A stretch of DNA of 64,000 nucleotides from Dimorphilus gyrociliatus (lineage: Eukaryota > Animalia > Annelida), in the NCBI GenBank assembly GCA_904063045.1, contig CAJFCJ010000005.1, positions 3,342,165-3,406,164 on the forward strand, in the 5' to 3' direction. The notes beneath the pieces are model-generated. The model made no database searches and was not told where the DNA came from. It saw nothing but the letters and a program-made list of their open reading frames with translations. How positions within the stretch are numbered: the first letter of the stretch is position 1; every line of letters begins with the position of its first letter. Made by a program: the position numbers and the translations under genes. Below are positions 16,763-30,010 of the stretch, piece after piece.

Positions 16763-18115
16763 AGTCTAATACTTTCTTCGAACGCCACATACTTTTGAAA
16801 AGAAAGAGAAAAGGTGTTAAACAAAAATAATTACATTAACAAAACGTGGATAAACTATTTACAAACTAACGTTCCGTAAAGTTTAAAGGCCAACGGTATC
16901 CTAAGAACTCGTAGCTCATTTGTTACAAACAATAAAAAATTGCTTTTTTAAACAATACATTCAGCACGTAGACAAACATAGATGCTCCCATTTGCTCTGC
17001 ACGCCCAAATACTTATTCTATTAACTTTCGCTCTAGGCGGTAAACAGTAATTATTATCGGGCGGTGGTTTTTCTCCTACGTTTCTACGCACACCGACAAT
17101 CCAACAAGGCAAAAAGAAGATTGATTACAAGACATTCCCTCTTCTTTCTCATCTTCTTACTAAAAGATGCAATAAAATAAAAAAAAGTTAACAACTGCAA
17201 CTGCAGACGTTCCCCATCAGTCAATTTAATCTTGTGAATATTTGATGTTTAACGATCAATACCAAAAATTTTGCACTTAAAAACTAATAATTAAGTACGT
17301 TTATGTTGCTATTTACAGTCTATTACATAATCGCAATAAGAAATTTAACTTTGATGCAACCTCTTAGCGGTAATTTAGGTTAATTGGATATTGGAGGTTT
17401 GCACAGCCGAGCGTATACGATAAAAAAAACGAGGGTATCGGAAAACTAACTAGTACACTTATCTTGATGAATTTTTCATATAACTAACATCATCAATAAT
17501 TTTACTGTTAGAAAATAAAATATTATTCGAATTCATATCAAAGCATATCAAATCAACCGATTAAGTTCTTTGATTAGTGAAAGAGCGGAAGCAATTACGA
17601 ATCTTTGTAGACGCATTTGAAACTAGATTTAAAAATAACAAATGAATGACTTGTTAACTTGAACAAGTCTGTATTCAATCAATTTCCTTCCTTGTTTATC
17701 TTATATCAAAAATCTTGCAAAATTCTTTAAGACTCCCTTTTATTAATCAATGAACGACATTTAACTATTAATCAAAGACAAAACACTCACTCTTTAAAAT
17801 ATATATCAATCGAAAGGTTTATTTTAATAGTTTCAATCAGTCTTAGTTAATGAGTATAACAGAACCTACCTTTATGTAGAAATTTGAGTGTGTTGAGTAG
17901 TGCAGTCAGTGTAAAACTGCAAATTTCTATTTGCTTTCCTAAAAATCACGATGGAACTTTGGCGCCACCTTGTTGTCGTCCGTTTGTCGAAATTGTAGTC
18001 GAATATGTGTACGCAGTCCCTTATTGGCATAGAGCTAAACATTAGATGTACCAACTTCAATAGATACGAGGAACTTTAAACCAGTCGAATTTTATGAAAA
18101 AATCACATGATATAC

Positions 18116-18123
18116 ACTTCCGG
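18116..18123. promoter_or_regulatory. ETS-type motif ACTTCCGG in the RagC/EXTL3 divergent promoter
   Basis: Exact CCGGAAGT core (reverse strand) 27 nt upstream of the RagC ATG. Similar cores occur at 26120-26127 (eIF3c), 53384-53391 and 60767-60774. Confidence 0.5.
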
Positions 18124-18149
18124 TTTTCTGTCAGGGCAAAAACATATAA

Positions 18150-19723
18150 ATGGTAATGTTGTAGCGAAATCAGTAAATCACGATTAGAAATAAGGTCATT
18201 ACTTTATACTTTTAATTTTTAGGCATTCCCGAATGACGATGAAAATTACCCAGCAGTTGGTAGTTTTCCGAGGGAATTTGGTTACTCGTCTGGAGGCGAA
18301 TATGACGTAAATGGCGCTGGAACTTTAGTTAGCGAGGAAAAACCTCGAATATTGTTAATGGGATTACAAGGGTAATTAGCAATTTTCAATTTCTCGCTAT
18401 TTGATATGGGCATATTTATCTTTTTCTTTTTAACCGAATCATAATTCGAACAGGAGTGGGAAATCTTCAATACAAAAAGTAGTTTTTCATAAGATGTCAC
18501 CGAATGAAACATTGTTTCTAGAGAATACAACAAAAATCGTAAAAGATGGTAAAAAAACATCAGTTAAAATTTGATCTAAGTTTAACGAATTCAATCCGAT
18601 CAAACAGATGTTTCGAATAGTTCTTTTGTGCAATTTCAAATATGGGATTTCCCTGGCCAAATTGATTTTCTAGATCCGAGTTTTGATTCAGAAACAATAT
18701 TTGGTGGTTGTGGCGCTTTAATATTCGTTATCGATGCTCAAGATGAATATTCTGTTGCACTAGACAAACTACTTGTAACTCTATCAAAAGCATATGCGGT
18801 TAATTCAAATATTCGATTTGAAGTGTTCATTCATAAAGTTGACGGTTTGTCAGAAGATAATAAAATAGAAACCCAAGGGGAAATTCATCAAAAGACCAAT
18901 CAAGATTTGATGCATAGCAAACTTGATAACATAAATGTATGTTTCTACTTGACAAGTATATACGACCATTCAATTTTTGAAGCTTTTAGTAAAGTAGTTC
19001 AAAAGCTTATACCCCAATTACCAACACTGGAGAACTTGTTAAATATCTTTATATCTGTAAGTAACTCGTATTGATATATAGACATCATAATAAAATATAA
19101 TACTATGTTTTACTATTTCTAGAATTCTGGAATTGATAAAGCTTTCTTATTTGATGTAGTATCAAAGATATATATAGCTACGGACAGCAGCGCTGTCGAT
19201 ATGCAATCTTACGAACTATGCTGCGATATGATTGATGTTGTAATTGATGTATCCTGCATTTATGGGTACGGGTTCGATTAATTAAAATTATCGAATATCA
19301 TTTTCTACCATAATTAACTTGCAGCTGTAAAGACGAAACAGAAAATGGAGCCTTTGATGAACAGTCGTCTTCAATTATAAAACTCAACAATAACACTGTG
19401 TTATACTTACGTGAAGTTAACAAATTTTTAGCTTTAGTTTGTATTATGAGAGAAGATAGTTTTGAAAAACAAGGTAATTACCTACTGGTTATTTATTTAT
19501 TATAAAAAATACCCAATATATTTAAATATATTAACTTTTTATTGTCATCACCTTAGGTATTATCGATTACAATTTTCACGTGTTTAGACAAGCCATACAA
19601 GAAGTATTTAACATTCATCGGAAAACTCTTGAATCGAGCGAAGAAGAAAAATCACCTGGGGGAATAAATATGAGAAGTTCTTTAACAAATGACGCTATTA
19701 GAAAAAGTTCAAATATTGTTTAA
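18150..19723 (+). CDS. RRAGC: Rag GTPase RagC/D (Gtr2-like), multi-exon
   Basis: [60 protein letters not shown] and [17 protein letters not shown]. The first exon contributes only ATG (18150-18152). Confidence 0.93.
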
Positions 19724-19950
19724 AAACACTTTTAAAAAAACAAAAACTGCACATTGGACATTTGGAATAGAACGATTTTTTTATAAGAAAAGAAATACTA
19801 AGACTATTTAAAAATGACATCTAATAAGCCAAGACTGCTTTATGAAAATGAATGTTAGCTAGTATATATTTACGTTACATATTTTATATATATGTATACT
19901 TACATTGTGTTGAAATTCTTAAAAATTATCTTTAATTTCAATCTTTCAAT

Positions 19951-21532
19951 TTAGATCGATAGATGTCTACTAATTTTTTTGCCATATACTTAATTGAGCT
20001 TGGATAGGTTATAGTTCGAATGTGCTCGTATATTTCCTGTCTCTGCTTAAATTCAACGTTTCTCTCGTTCTCCTCTGGATATTCTGTTTTTTCAAAGTTT
20101 CTAGCAAGATCTCGCGTCTTAATCTTCTCTAATAATTGACAATTGAAAAGTTCATCAACTTTAATCTCATGACTACAGTGTTTTCGATCAGTATTCTCAG
20201 TATAATCAACAAAGGCTTGAGTATCATTCAGGATAGTGTCTAAATCATTATCGTCAATATAATCCAGTTTTTGTCTTTTAACCCCAAGGCATTTATTCGA
20301 AGCATTTAATGACTGATTGATTAAGAGTAGACAATCACTTACAGTGTAAGCATTCTAGAATAGAAATAGTGAATAAAGTAGTATAGACGAAATTTGTAAG
20401 AAAAAAATCCATACTTCATTAGGATTTAGCCATTCGTGACTATGAGAAAGAAAGTTACCATTTCCTAAATTCTTCATAATAATATACTTAACAATTGCTT
20501 CTTCTATTCTTGAAAAATCATCTGTTTTCTATTTTGGAACATCAACAATTTAAGTTAGAGTAATTGGTATTAATTGTATAAAAAGGTTTAATTGAGTACA
20601 CTAACTATGGGAATCCAGGTGTTTATACTTGCGCTAATTCGACTATTCTCGTTATAAACAAAATGCCACCATACCGGAGGTACGTAGAGTATATCTCCCT
20701 CCTTTAATTCGACCTTATAAGCTTCTACATCCTATTTGGAGTAATAGGCTTTAATTATTTTCTGTACTTATTTTAATTAAAATTGTATGTTTTGCCTCAA
20801 AAAGAGGAAATTTCTTTAGATTAGGTGCCAGGGGATTAACATTGCTATATACACTGGATTCTTCGTATGGAATTCTCGTTGGATATATAGCTTTTTCTTC
20901 AGTTGGAGGGAATAATATCCACGTTTTACTATATCATACATACTTTATATATATATATATATATATGTACAAGAATATTACAGATTTATATAATTACTAA
21001 TATATATATCATGTATTTAATTTCCCTACCTTCCCTCTAATTGGGCAACTAAATTACAACCATAACTATCAGAGTGTAGAGGCGTATAGCAAAATTGACT
21101 ACCTAACCAAAAGGTACTATCTATACCATTTAGATCATTAAAGCCCATATCAGACCATTTGATACCATCTTCGAAGAGTCTTTTATCACTTTTCTCATCC
21201 AACATTTCTCCAATATGCACGTAACTTAAATAGGTCCATGTATCATTTCTATTTATTCCTTTCAAGGTTTCCTTATCGCTAAGCAACCATTTTTTATAAT
21301 CGCTTAACGAAACACTTATATAATTTCTTTCTGTCTCAAACTTAGCATCTTTATTGTATAACCAACTTTTTTTGCCGACATGAATTTTTTGTTGCTTCGA
21401 AGTTAATTTATCTAAATTCTCTAGCACTCTACCAGTCAATGGCCATTCTTTAGCTGCATGACGAAAGACCATCGGCTCTTTGCACCCGCAAGTTATTAGC
21501 GATCGTAAATCATCTTTTAAACTATTAGAATT
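19951..21532 (-). CDS. HSPBAP1: JmjC-domain protein HSPBAP1/PASS1
   Basis: STFWLGS, TPLHSDSYGCNLVAQLEGRKTWILFPP, PTRIPYEESSVYS and LYVPPVWWHFV. Start codon is approximate. Confidence 0.85.
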
Positions 21533-22109
21533 CATTCTATATATATAAACATGCAGATTTTGTGTCAAAAAATGTAAGGAATGAACGTAATTCCATTTAA
21601 TTACAGTGTCCATAAAAAGCGCCATCAATAGTTAACAAGTTTTATTGTCTTTTATATCGAAATCTTATATTTTAAGTAAGGTATTAAATCTATATTTATT
21701 ATTCTGATGCATATACATTTATGTAAAAAAAATTGAAAGATTGTTCATTATACTTCAGCTAAAGCCTCAATATGCTTCCTAATCTCAGCTTCATTTGTTA
21801 TGCAAATTCCTTTTAAATACCAAAACATTCTCTTTCTATCCAAAATTTTAATGTGCTTGCAAATCTACGACAAAATGATTTAATAAATAGAAGACGAAAA
21901 ATAATAAGTCTAGATACTTACGCCTTGACGACCATTTTTCTGACAAGGAGTACTAATATCTGTTAAAAGGGATTGAAATATTTGATAATGACGTCCATAA
22001 ACTTCAACTCTTTGAAGTAAAAAATATGCCAATCTGTAAAACAAATATAAAAAGGAGAAGTTCAATCCACTTTGACCAAAAAACAATTAGTCAGAGGTTG
22101 TTTAATTGA

Positions 22110-22221
22110 TTACTTTGATTTGTTCTTAGTTGTCCATGTTCCAGTTGTTCTCTTACTATTAAAAGTGACTTTTTTAGCATTACTTTTGGAGAAACAGTGA
22201 AGAATACCGCAAAAACTGAAG

Positions 22222-22254
<33 letters not shown>

Positions 22255-25200
22255 ATAACATATAATAAGAGTAAAAGAGAAAATAAAATATTACAACCTT
22301 TCACCACTATCGTTAGAATTTGAATATTCATAGCTAACTATTTTTGTATTATTCACTAACAAGATATAACCTCCTTGATTGTAAAGTCCCAATCCTTGCA
22401 TGTTCAATTCTGTTGAATTTAAATCGGGAACAGCTAATTCCTCAAATCTTTCTTGGCAGTTTTTTCTTAAGCTTTTACAAACTCCATTAATGCACTTTCC
22501 GAAATCATTATCGCAACTTTGAAAAGTCTCTTTCTTTATGCACTAGATGACAATAAAAATGGTAATCTTTTAATGACATAATGAATATTCAATTACTTTC
22601 GAATCGAATCCGTTACAATATTGACAGTCGTCTCTATTAGGGCACGATCCTTTTAACAGCTATGTTGTTGATTATTATTGATAAAAGCGTTAAAGAAGTA
22701 TATAATCAATTTACTTTACAAGTTCTTGAATTACAACAATCGCAAGCCTAAAAATAGGAAGATAATATAGATTTAAAAAGATGGAATTTAAAAATTGTTC
22801 TCTTACTTGATATATTCCGCAATCACATTCTTCTTTTTCATCTACTATTCCGTCACCGCAAAATCCTATCTGAATAGGGGAGGTTTTAAAAATACTGAAC
22901 AGCCTAACGTTTTCAATGCTACTAACCCTCTTATTTGTTTCAGTTGTACTATTTTCTAAGTAATTTTTAAATGTCTTCTGATCTATGCAATTTCTCTCAA
23001 GACATACTCCTGATTCACCACAGGGTGAACCATCTGCTACCATTACGTCGACATTTTGGCCATTTTCTTGAATAATCCAATCGCCGTAAGTTGTCTTCCT
23101 TTAAAAAGTGTGTTTATTAGAAACAAGTAAAATAGTACTCTTTTTTTTTGCTACAAACAAGCAAGCAAGATCCTGTTTCCCTAAAGCTGGCATAATAGGA
23201 TTTTTCGATGCTGACTGTGTAGAGTCTCTGTCTAGAACCCATTCATTAGCATTTGTTAAATTATCTTTAACGCATTGAAGAAGACCACAATTAAAGTTGT
23301 TTTTTCTGAAAGATAAAGAAGTATTTCATTTCTTAACAAGCATAAAAAGTAGACTATAAGAATTCATATATATATTTATATATATGTATATATATATACT
23401 TTGAATTACTACATTTCACATATGACGCTTTTCCGTTGGCATCTTTTACAATTCCACAATGGGCGTAACGATCAAAGTATCTTATTGCTACCTCATAGCA
23501 ATAATTATCAGCCTTTCTATAGTCTGCAAAAGTCAATTAGTAGATAAGATGATAGTAACTGCAGACCAATATGTATTATTAACCTGAATTCCAAACCAGT
23601 TTGCATTGGTTGGTCAATGTCAAACAGTGACCTTTGATGCAAGAAGCTTCCTAATTAAAAAGATATATTTTAGCGTAAAACGGTAATCTTTTTAAAGTTG
23701 ATAAATATATAAAGTAAATAGCAACAAACATTTCCATCAGAATCAACGCATTTAGTGAGATTATCTTTCCGTAAATCTTCTGGGCACTATAAGATAAAAA
23801 TAGAATTTAACCTTTTGAACTAATGAAAGAATATTTTCTTTGTTACATCACTATTTGTTCCTGTACAAGTTTCTTTTACATCGCAATCGTTATCTTTATT
23901 ATATCTACATAATTTACCGGCATCGTGAAACTAGATAAAAAGATAATAGAGCAATTAAATAGGAAAATTTGTCCAGAAATAATAACAAAAACCTTGCATA
24001 ATTTGACATTGCAACATTCCCCTTGACCGCACAATGCACCATCTTTAAGTTTACAATCTTCTTTACAACAATTTCGACATCCATTGTCGAGTGCCTTTAG
24101 GTGAAATAATAAAAGAGTTTTAATGGATTATCGAATGAGTTCATTAAAAAAATATCCTACTCCTCCACAATCACATTCTTCGTCCTCATTAATTATACCA
24201 TTACCACATTGATTGGAAAAGGAATGAGCTTTATAAGCTCTTGTAGGTTTGTTATTCAAACATTGGGAGCCTTGAGATTTTAAGAAATTTCGATAATCTT
24301 TTAGCGAACAAGAACTAATGTATCCTGTGTCTCTATTAAAAGCATTTCTACAGTGAAAGAACAGATAGTTAATATCGTCCTAGAATTAGCATATTCAGCT
24401 TTCTATATCTACATCGTTGGATTCATTAGGCATCTAGACTCTCCGTACTTGCAGCAACCACTAACATCATGATTCATACCAATGGCATGACCTAATTCGT
24501 GTGTCAAAAAGTGAATGGCTACATCAGCTGTATAGTAGGTTAAAAGTTATTATCAAATTAAAAGAGTGTTGATTAAAGGCTATTATTTATACTGTATAAC
24601 TAACTGCTAGATTGAAAGATTACAACGCCAGCACCCTGAAATAAGGAACAAGCTCCACCTATTGGAAACAAACCATTTACATTTGATGTTGGCAAACTCC
24701 TATATAAATAGAGAAGAAATTAGTAAATATTTCGTTCATTATGTCATTGTAAAAAGCCTACGTAATTAGTACAGTAATATCACTCCAAATGCCTCTATCC
24801 TCTATCTGCTTGACCCTATAAGGGCTAAAATTTCTCAAATAAGCGTTAAAGTTGTTATTAGCCTGTACAAGATTTTTTTCCCGCCAAATATCAATTCCAG
24901 TTAGGAAAACTCTTACATCTATTCGAGACAATCTCTGTATAGAAACGTGATAAATGATTAAAATAGCTAAAAGATCTCTACAAAAACGATGCAAATATCA
25001 ACTGCTTTTATGTATCGTTCACCTTATCGGCACCGAGGATGAGATCAGTTACAAATTTCTCAGGATCTTTTTTCTCACCTTTGAGTTTTTCTGACTAATA
25101 AAAGAGAAAATTTAGATAAAGATCCATTGTACTATATCCGATATTGAAGAAAAAAAGAACAAAACAAATAGAAGAACCCTTACACATGAATAATCGCAGA

Positions 25201-25294
25201 CAACAAATATTTCTAGATACTTTTCAATAGAGATAATTGAAGGAACTATCCATAATAATAAAATAATAGTCTTGGCAGTGAATATCTTATTCAT
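22110..25294 (-). CDS. ADAM-type metalloprotease-disintegrin (reprolysin, disintegrin, Cys-rich, second partial disintegrin-like module, probable TM), about 17 exons
   Basis: Signal peptide then KYLEIFVVCD; RVFLTGIDIW; intact zinc motif HELGHAIGMNHD with Met-turn CLMNP; CGNGIINEDEECDCG; disintegrin loop NDCD; second CGDGIVDEKEECDCG. The 3' exon boundaries are uncertain. Confidence 0.85.
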
Positions 25295-26387
25295 TTTTAC
25301 AGTTTTTCTTTGAGAAAGTTATAAAAAATATCCGGTCTTGTTCAAGTTGTCCGAACGGATATAGATATAAAGTTGTGTTTTTTACAAGTATACCATATAT
25401 ATATATCTATACACGCTTATTAAAAAGAAATATAAAATATCGCCTTTCGAAACTTCTGCATACAGTTATATTACTGACTGGTTCTGTATTGAAAAAAAAG
25501 AAATTGTCCTAGGCCAAGGTAATATAACTTTTTTTCTCTCTCTCTCTCTCTCTCCTACTAGTTGAATAGAATAAACGTAATTTCTTTCTATTTTATTACT
25601 AAACTGTTGAAATATTTTCCTTTGAAAAAAATAAATTAATAAAAAAGTACTTTAAATAAAACTTGTTCAAAATTAATTAAAAATTCCTCTTTCATTCTAT
25701 CATATGGATCTGTCTATTTCTTTTTAATTGTATTTTTACTTCTATATTCGACAAATTTTACAATTTTATATAAAAAGCAATTTTTCCTTTTATATTGTCT
25801 CTTTTTTAAAGTGTGTGCCTAAATATTATTGCAGTTGTTTTATAATATTTTGATCTGCATTTTCAATGATCAAGGTTTAGTGGAAAGATTAATAATGTTT
25901 TGTTGGGTGATTCAAAATATTGAAAAGTGAATTTTGTTCACAATTTGTAAAATAATGCTAACAATATTAATTTTTTATTCATTGTTTTTTTTTATATAAT
26001 AAAAATGTTTTATTGTTTACTTTGTTTATTTTTTTTTTGATGAAATATTTAATCAATGAACACTGATTTTAGTTATACCGACAACGACGTTCGTAAACGA
26101 GAATCTGCGGGATTTCGCCCAGGAAGTAACGATAAAAGAAGAACGAGACTCAATTTTTAAAAAAAAGTAATATTTAAATATTTTTATTGAAAATTCTATC
26201 AGTCTATAGTTTTATATAAAATTCATTTAGTTATATTTTGATAAATTATGAAAAACTTTCCTTTTAATGTTGTGAATGAAGTACCACGTGTTATAGGTAC
26301 ACACCGTATGTCAATGCTATGCTCTACCATATACTCATTTCATAACATTTCACAGATTATTTGTAGTCTAAACGGAAATTAGCCAAG

Positions 26388-29300
26388 ATGTCAAAATTTT
26401 TTGCTGCATCTGAATCAGATAGTGAAACATCGGGAGATGAAATAAGTGCCGATCCACGTTCTCGAATTCAACCGTATGTACTGTTGACTTAGAAAATATA
26501 ATTAGAAATATAAATATAAATTATACATACATATTTCTATCTATATGTACATTTGTATATTTTATAGAGTTCAATATCAATGGAGTGAGTCTGATGATGA
26601 GGAAAAGAGAGTTGTTAGAAGTGCGAAAGATAAAAGGTAAGATTTAGCGCTTAAATTACTTATATAGATTGCTATAAACTGCCAAATAAATAAGAAATCA
26701 ATAAGCATTGTGTTTTGGTCATTCGATTGTTCGACTACAAATCGAATATAATTTCAATGCGATAAAATACCTCCAGATTATCTTATTACTTTTCTATTTT
26801 ATAATTTTCAGTAATAACGATAATTACATTTTCTTAGATATGAAGAATTGAGAGATGTCATTAAGCAAATTAGCAATCATAAAAAGATTAAGGATATGAC
26901 AAAAGTTCTCTCAACTTTTGAAGATCTTTCCCGAGTCTTTGAAAAATCTAAAAAAGTTATCGAACGAGAAGGTCTACCAATTCCAAGATTCTTTTTAAAG
27001 TGTTTAACTGAAACTGAAGATTTTATTAATAAAGTATGGGAAGATAAGGATGGCAGAAAAGCTCTGAGCAAAAATAATACTAAAAGTCTCACAGCTCTAA
27101 GACAAAAATTTAGAAAATATATTAAATCAAATTTTGAAGAAGAAATTACAAAATATCGGGAAAATCCTGATGGTGAAGATGCAGTAGAGGAAGAAGTTGA
27201 AGCTGTAGTTGAAGAAGCTCCAGAAGTGGTTAAAGAGATTGTGCCAGAAGTGCTGAAAGGTATAATAAGTAAAAAATAGTAAAATATTTTCAACGGTAAG
27301 ACTTTTCAATTTTATTGTAGATGATGAAGATTCAGAGTCTGATTGGTCGATGAGCAGCACGGATGAAAGCAGCGAGAGCAATGACGAAGGATTCTCTCTG
27401 GATTATTTCAGGAAAAAAGATGACGATGCTAAAACGAAAAAGACAGAAAAAAGAAAAAGTAAACCCAAAGATATCAGAATATCTAGACATAGTGGCGAAG
27501 AAGACTGGACTGAAGTTACATCAATAGAACGCCCAAAATTATTTGCAAAGGATGCTGAGATTAATGTTGAGGCTATCCAAAAGAAAATGGTTGAGCATAT
27601 TGCATCAAGAGGTAAAAAGGGAACTGATAGATATTTCATGATAGAAGTTCTTGGTGAATTGAAAACAATTGCTTTTGCACACGATCTTGGTGATCCTATT
27701 CAAATCAAACTACTATTTGCCATTTTACCCGCCATTTTCGATTATAACCCAAATATGGCAACGTGTATGAAAACGGAAATTTGGGAGATGTGCTTAAGTT
27801 GTATGATAGAGCTTATGGAATTATTGGAGAAAAACCCTGCTATTACTATTGGTGAAAACATTCAAGAAGACTCTGAAGTATTAGAGGGAGAAGATATTCA
27901 TGTTCGCGGATCTATATTATCCTTGGTTGAAAGAGTTGACGAAGAATTTATAAAAATGCTTCAATCGGTCGATGCTCATAGTACCGACTACATCGAAAGA
28001 CTAAGGTAAAATGATCTCACATCTCCAAAAATTATTATATTATCTCTAATGTAATGTAATTAACATTTATAGAGACGAAAGAAAAATTTATGATCTTATT
28101 GTTCGAACTGAGAAGTACTTGGCTGAAAGAAACACATCAGACGAAGAAAATTGTAGAATATTCTTAAAAAGAATCGAGCATGTCCACTATAAATTTGATG
28201 CTAGAGTTATCGACGATCCTGAAAACCTAGATGATGAAGAAAACTCAATTAAAATTATGGATAGACTATGTAAATTCATCTACACAAAAGATGTTACTGA
28301 TAGAATTAGAACTAGAGCTATTCTTTGTCAAATTTATCATTATGCAATTCACGATCAGTGGTTCGAAGCTCGTGATTTGATGCTGATGTCCCATCTACAA
28401 GATACAATTGCACATTCTGATGTTCCAACGCAAATATTATATAATAGAGCTATGGTTCAGTTAGGATTATGTGCTTTCCGTCAAGGTCATATAAAGGACG
28501 CTCATAATTGTCTGGTAGATATGCAAAGCGGTGGTAGATCAAAGGAGCTATTAGCCCAAGGATTATTGATGCAAAGAGCTCATGAAAGAACGGCAGAGCA
28601 AGAAAAAGTTGAAAAACGCAGACAGGTATATAAAACAGTTCATTTTTGTTATCTGAAACAAAGAAATATAATTTTTTTCTTTGTAGATCCCTTATCATAG
28701 GCATATAAATTTGGAATTGTTGGAATGCGTCTACCTAATTTCGGCTATGTTACTGGAAGTTCCTTACCTGGCTGCTCATGAGTTGGATGCCAGAAGGAGA
28801 ATGATTTCCAAAAACTTTCACCACGTCCTTAGATTATCGGAAAAGCAGGCCGTCGTGGGACCACCCGAAACAATGAGGGAACACATTGTAGCAGCATCAA
28901 AAGCAATGAAAATTGGAGATTGGGTTGCTTGTAAAAGTTTTTTGATTAATGATAAAATGCAACAGAAAGTATGGTCATTAATGCACAACTCTTCTTCTGT
29001 AAAATCTATGCTGGAGAGAAAGATTCAAGAAGAGAGTCTCAGAACTTATTTATTCTCCTACGCTCAAGTTTACAATTCGTTATCTTTGGAATTTGTTTGC
29101 GAGGAATTTGAATTGCCGTCGTCAGTTGTTCATTCAATTATATCAAAAATGATTATAAATGAAGAGCTAATGGCTTCTCTTGACGAACCGACGAAAACTC
29201 TCGTGATGCATAGGACAGAACCAACGCATGTACAATCACTTTGTCTGCAATTGGCGGAGAAGGTATCAACTCTAATCGAAAATAATGAGAAAATGGCAGA

Positions 29301-29436
29301 TATGAAGAACGGAAACTTCTTTTCTAAACAACTTCCTAATATGGCTGGTAACCAACAGCAGATGAGGCAAACAGAAGATTATCAAAGAAGAGTCCAAACC
29401 CAACCGAGGGATAGGCAAAGAAATCTAAGATTTTAG
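26388..29436 (+). CDS. EIF3C: Eukaryotic translation initiation factor 3 subunit C
   Basis: MSKFF..SESDSE start, [48 protein letters not shown] and C-terminal PCI domain. Confidence 0.97.
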
Positions 29437-30010
29437 TAGCTATTCAGTTAAAAAAGAAATTAATTTTTTTTTCGTATTTTATTCAATAATAAACATGTCT
29501 GTGCCGTGGAAATGTTATTTAGTTTGTTCTTTTTTTCTTATCAATATTATCCGAAAAAGTCAAGCTAATAAAATTATATCTAATGACAACGTAGTTAATT
29601 AATTTAAGGTAAAAATAAATAAAACAAAGGGCTAAACTTGTTATTTGTATTTTCAAAACATTTCAAAAACATAATTTCTACCTTCCTTAAAAGAATAACA
29701 TAACATAACGTCTTTTAATATAAGGTTGTGCTGATAGTATTCTAATCTTTTATTATCATTAATCTTTAATAGTAATAATAATACTAATATTTAAAAAAGT
29801 CTAAATGTATTGCTAAATGTATAGGAATAATACTAATCTGCCATATTTGTATTGTTTAACCTTTTCTATAGATTAAATTAACATTTAAAAAATGAAAAGA
29901 TCGAGTCCAAGATACGAATTAGTAAGCTTTCTTTTAGTAATTTAAGATAAGAATAATGAGAGAGGAAAACAAAATAATTCTCAATAATTCTTTAGAGAAG
30001 TAGGAAATCG

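Noticed and set aside
26877-27639. Antisense ORFs opposite eIF3c (and similar ones at 32825-33196, 58811-59094, 59210-59635, 15012-15233, 11455-11697)
   Set aside because: S/F/L-rich shadows of E/K-rich sense coding sequence, with no independent features.
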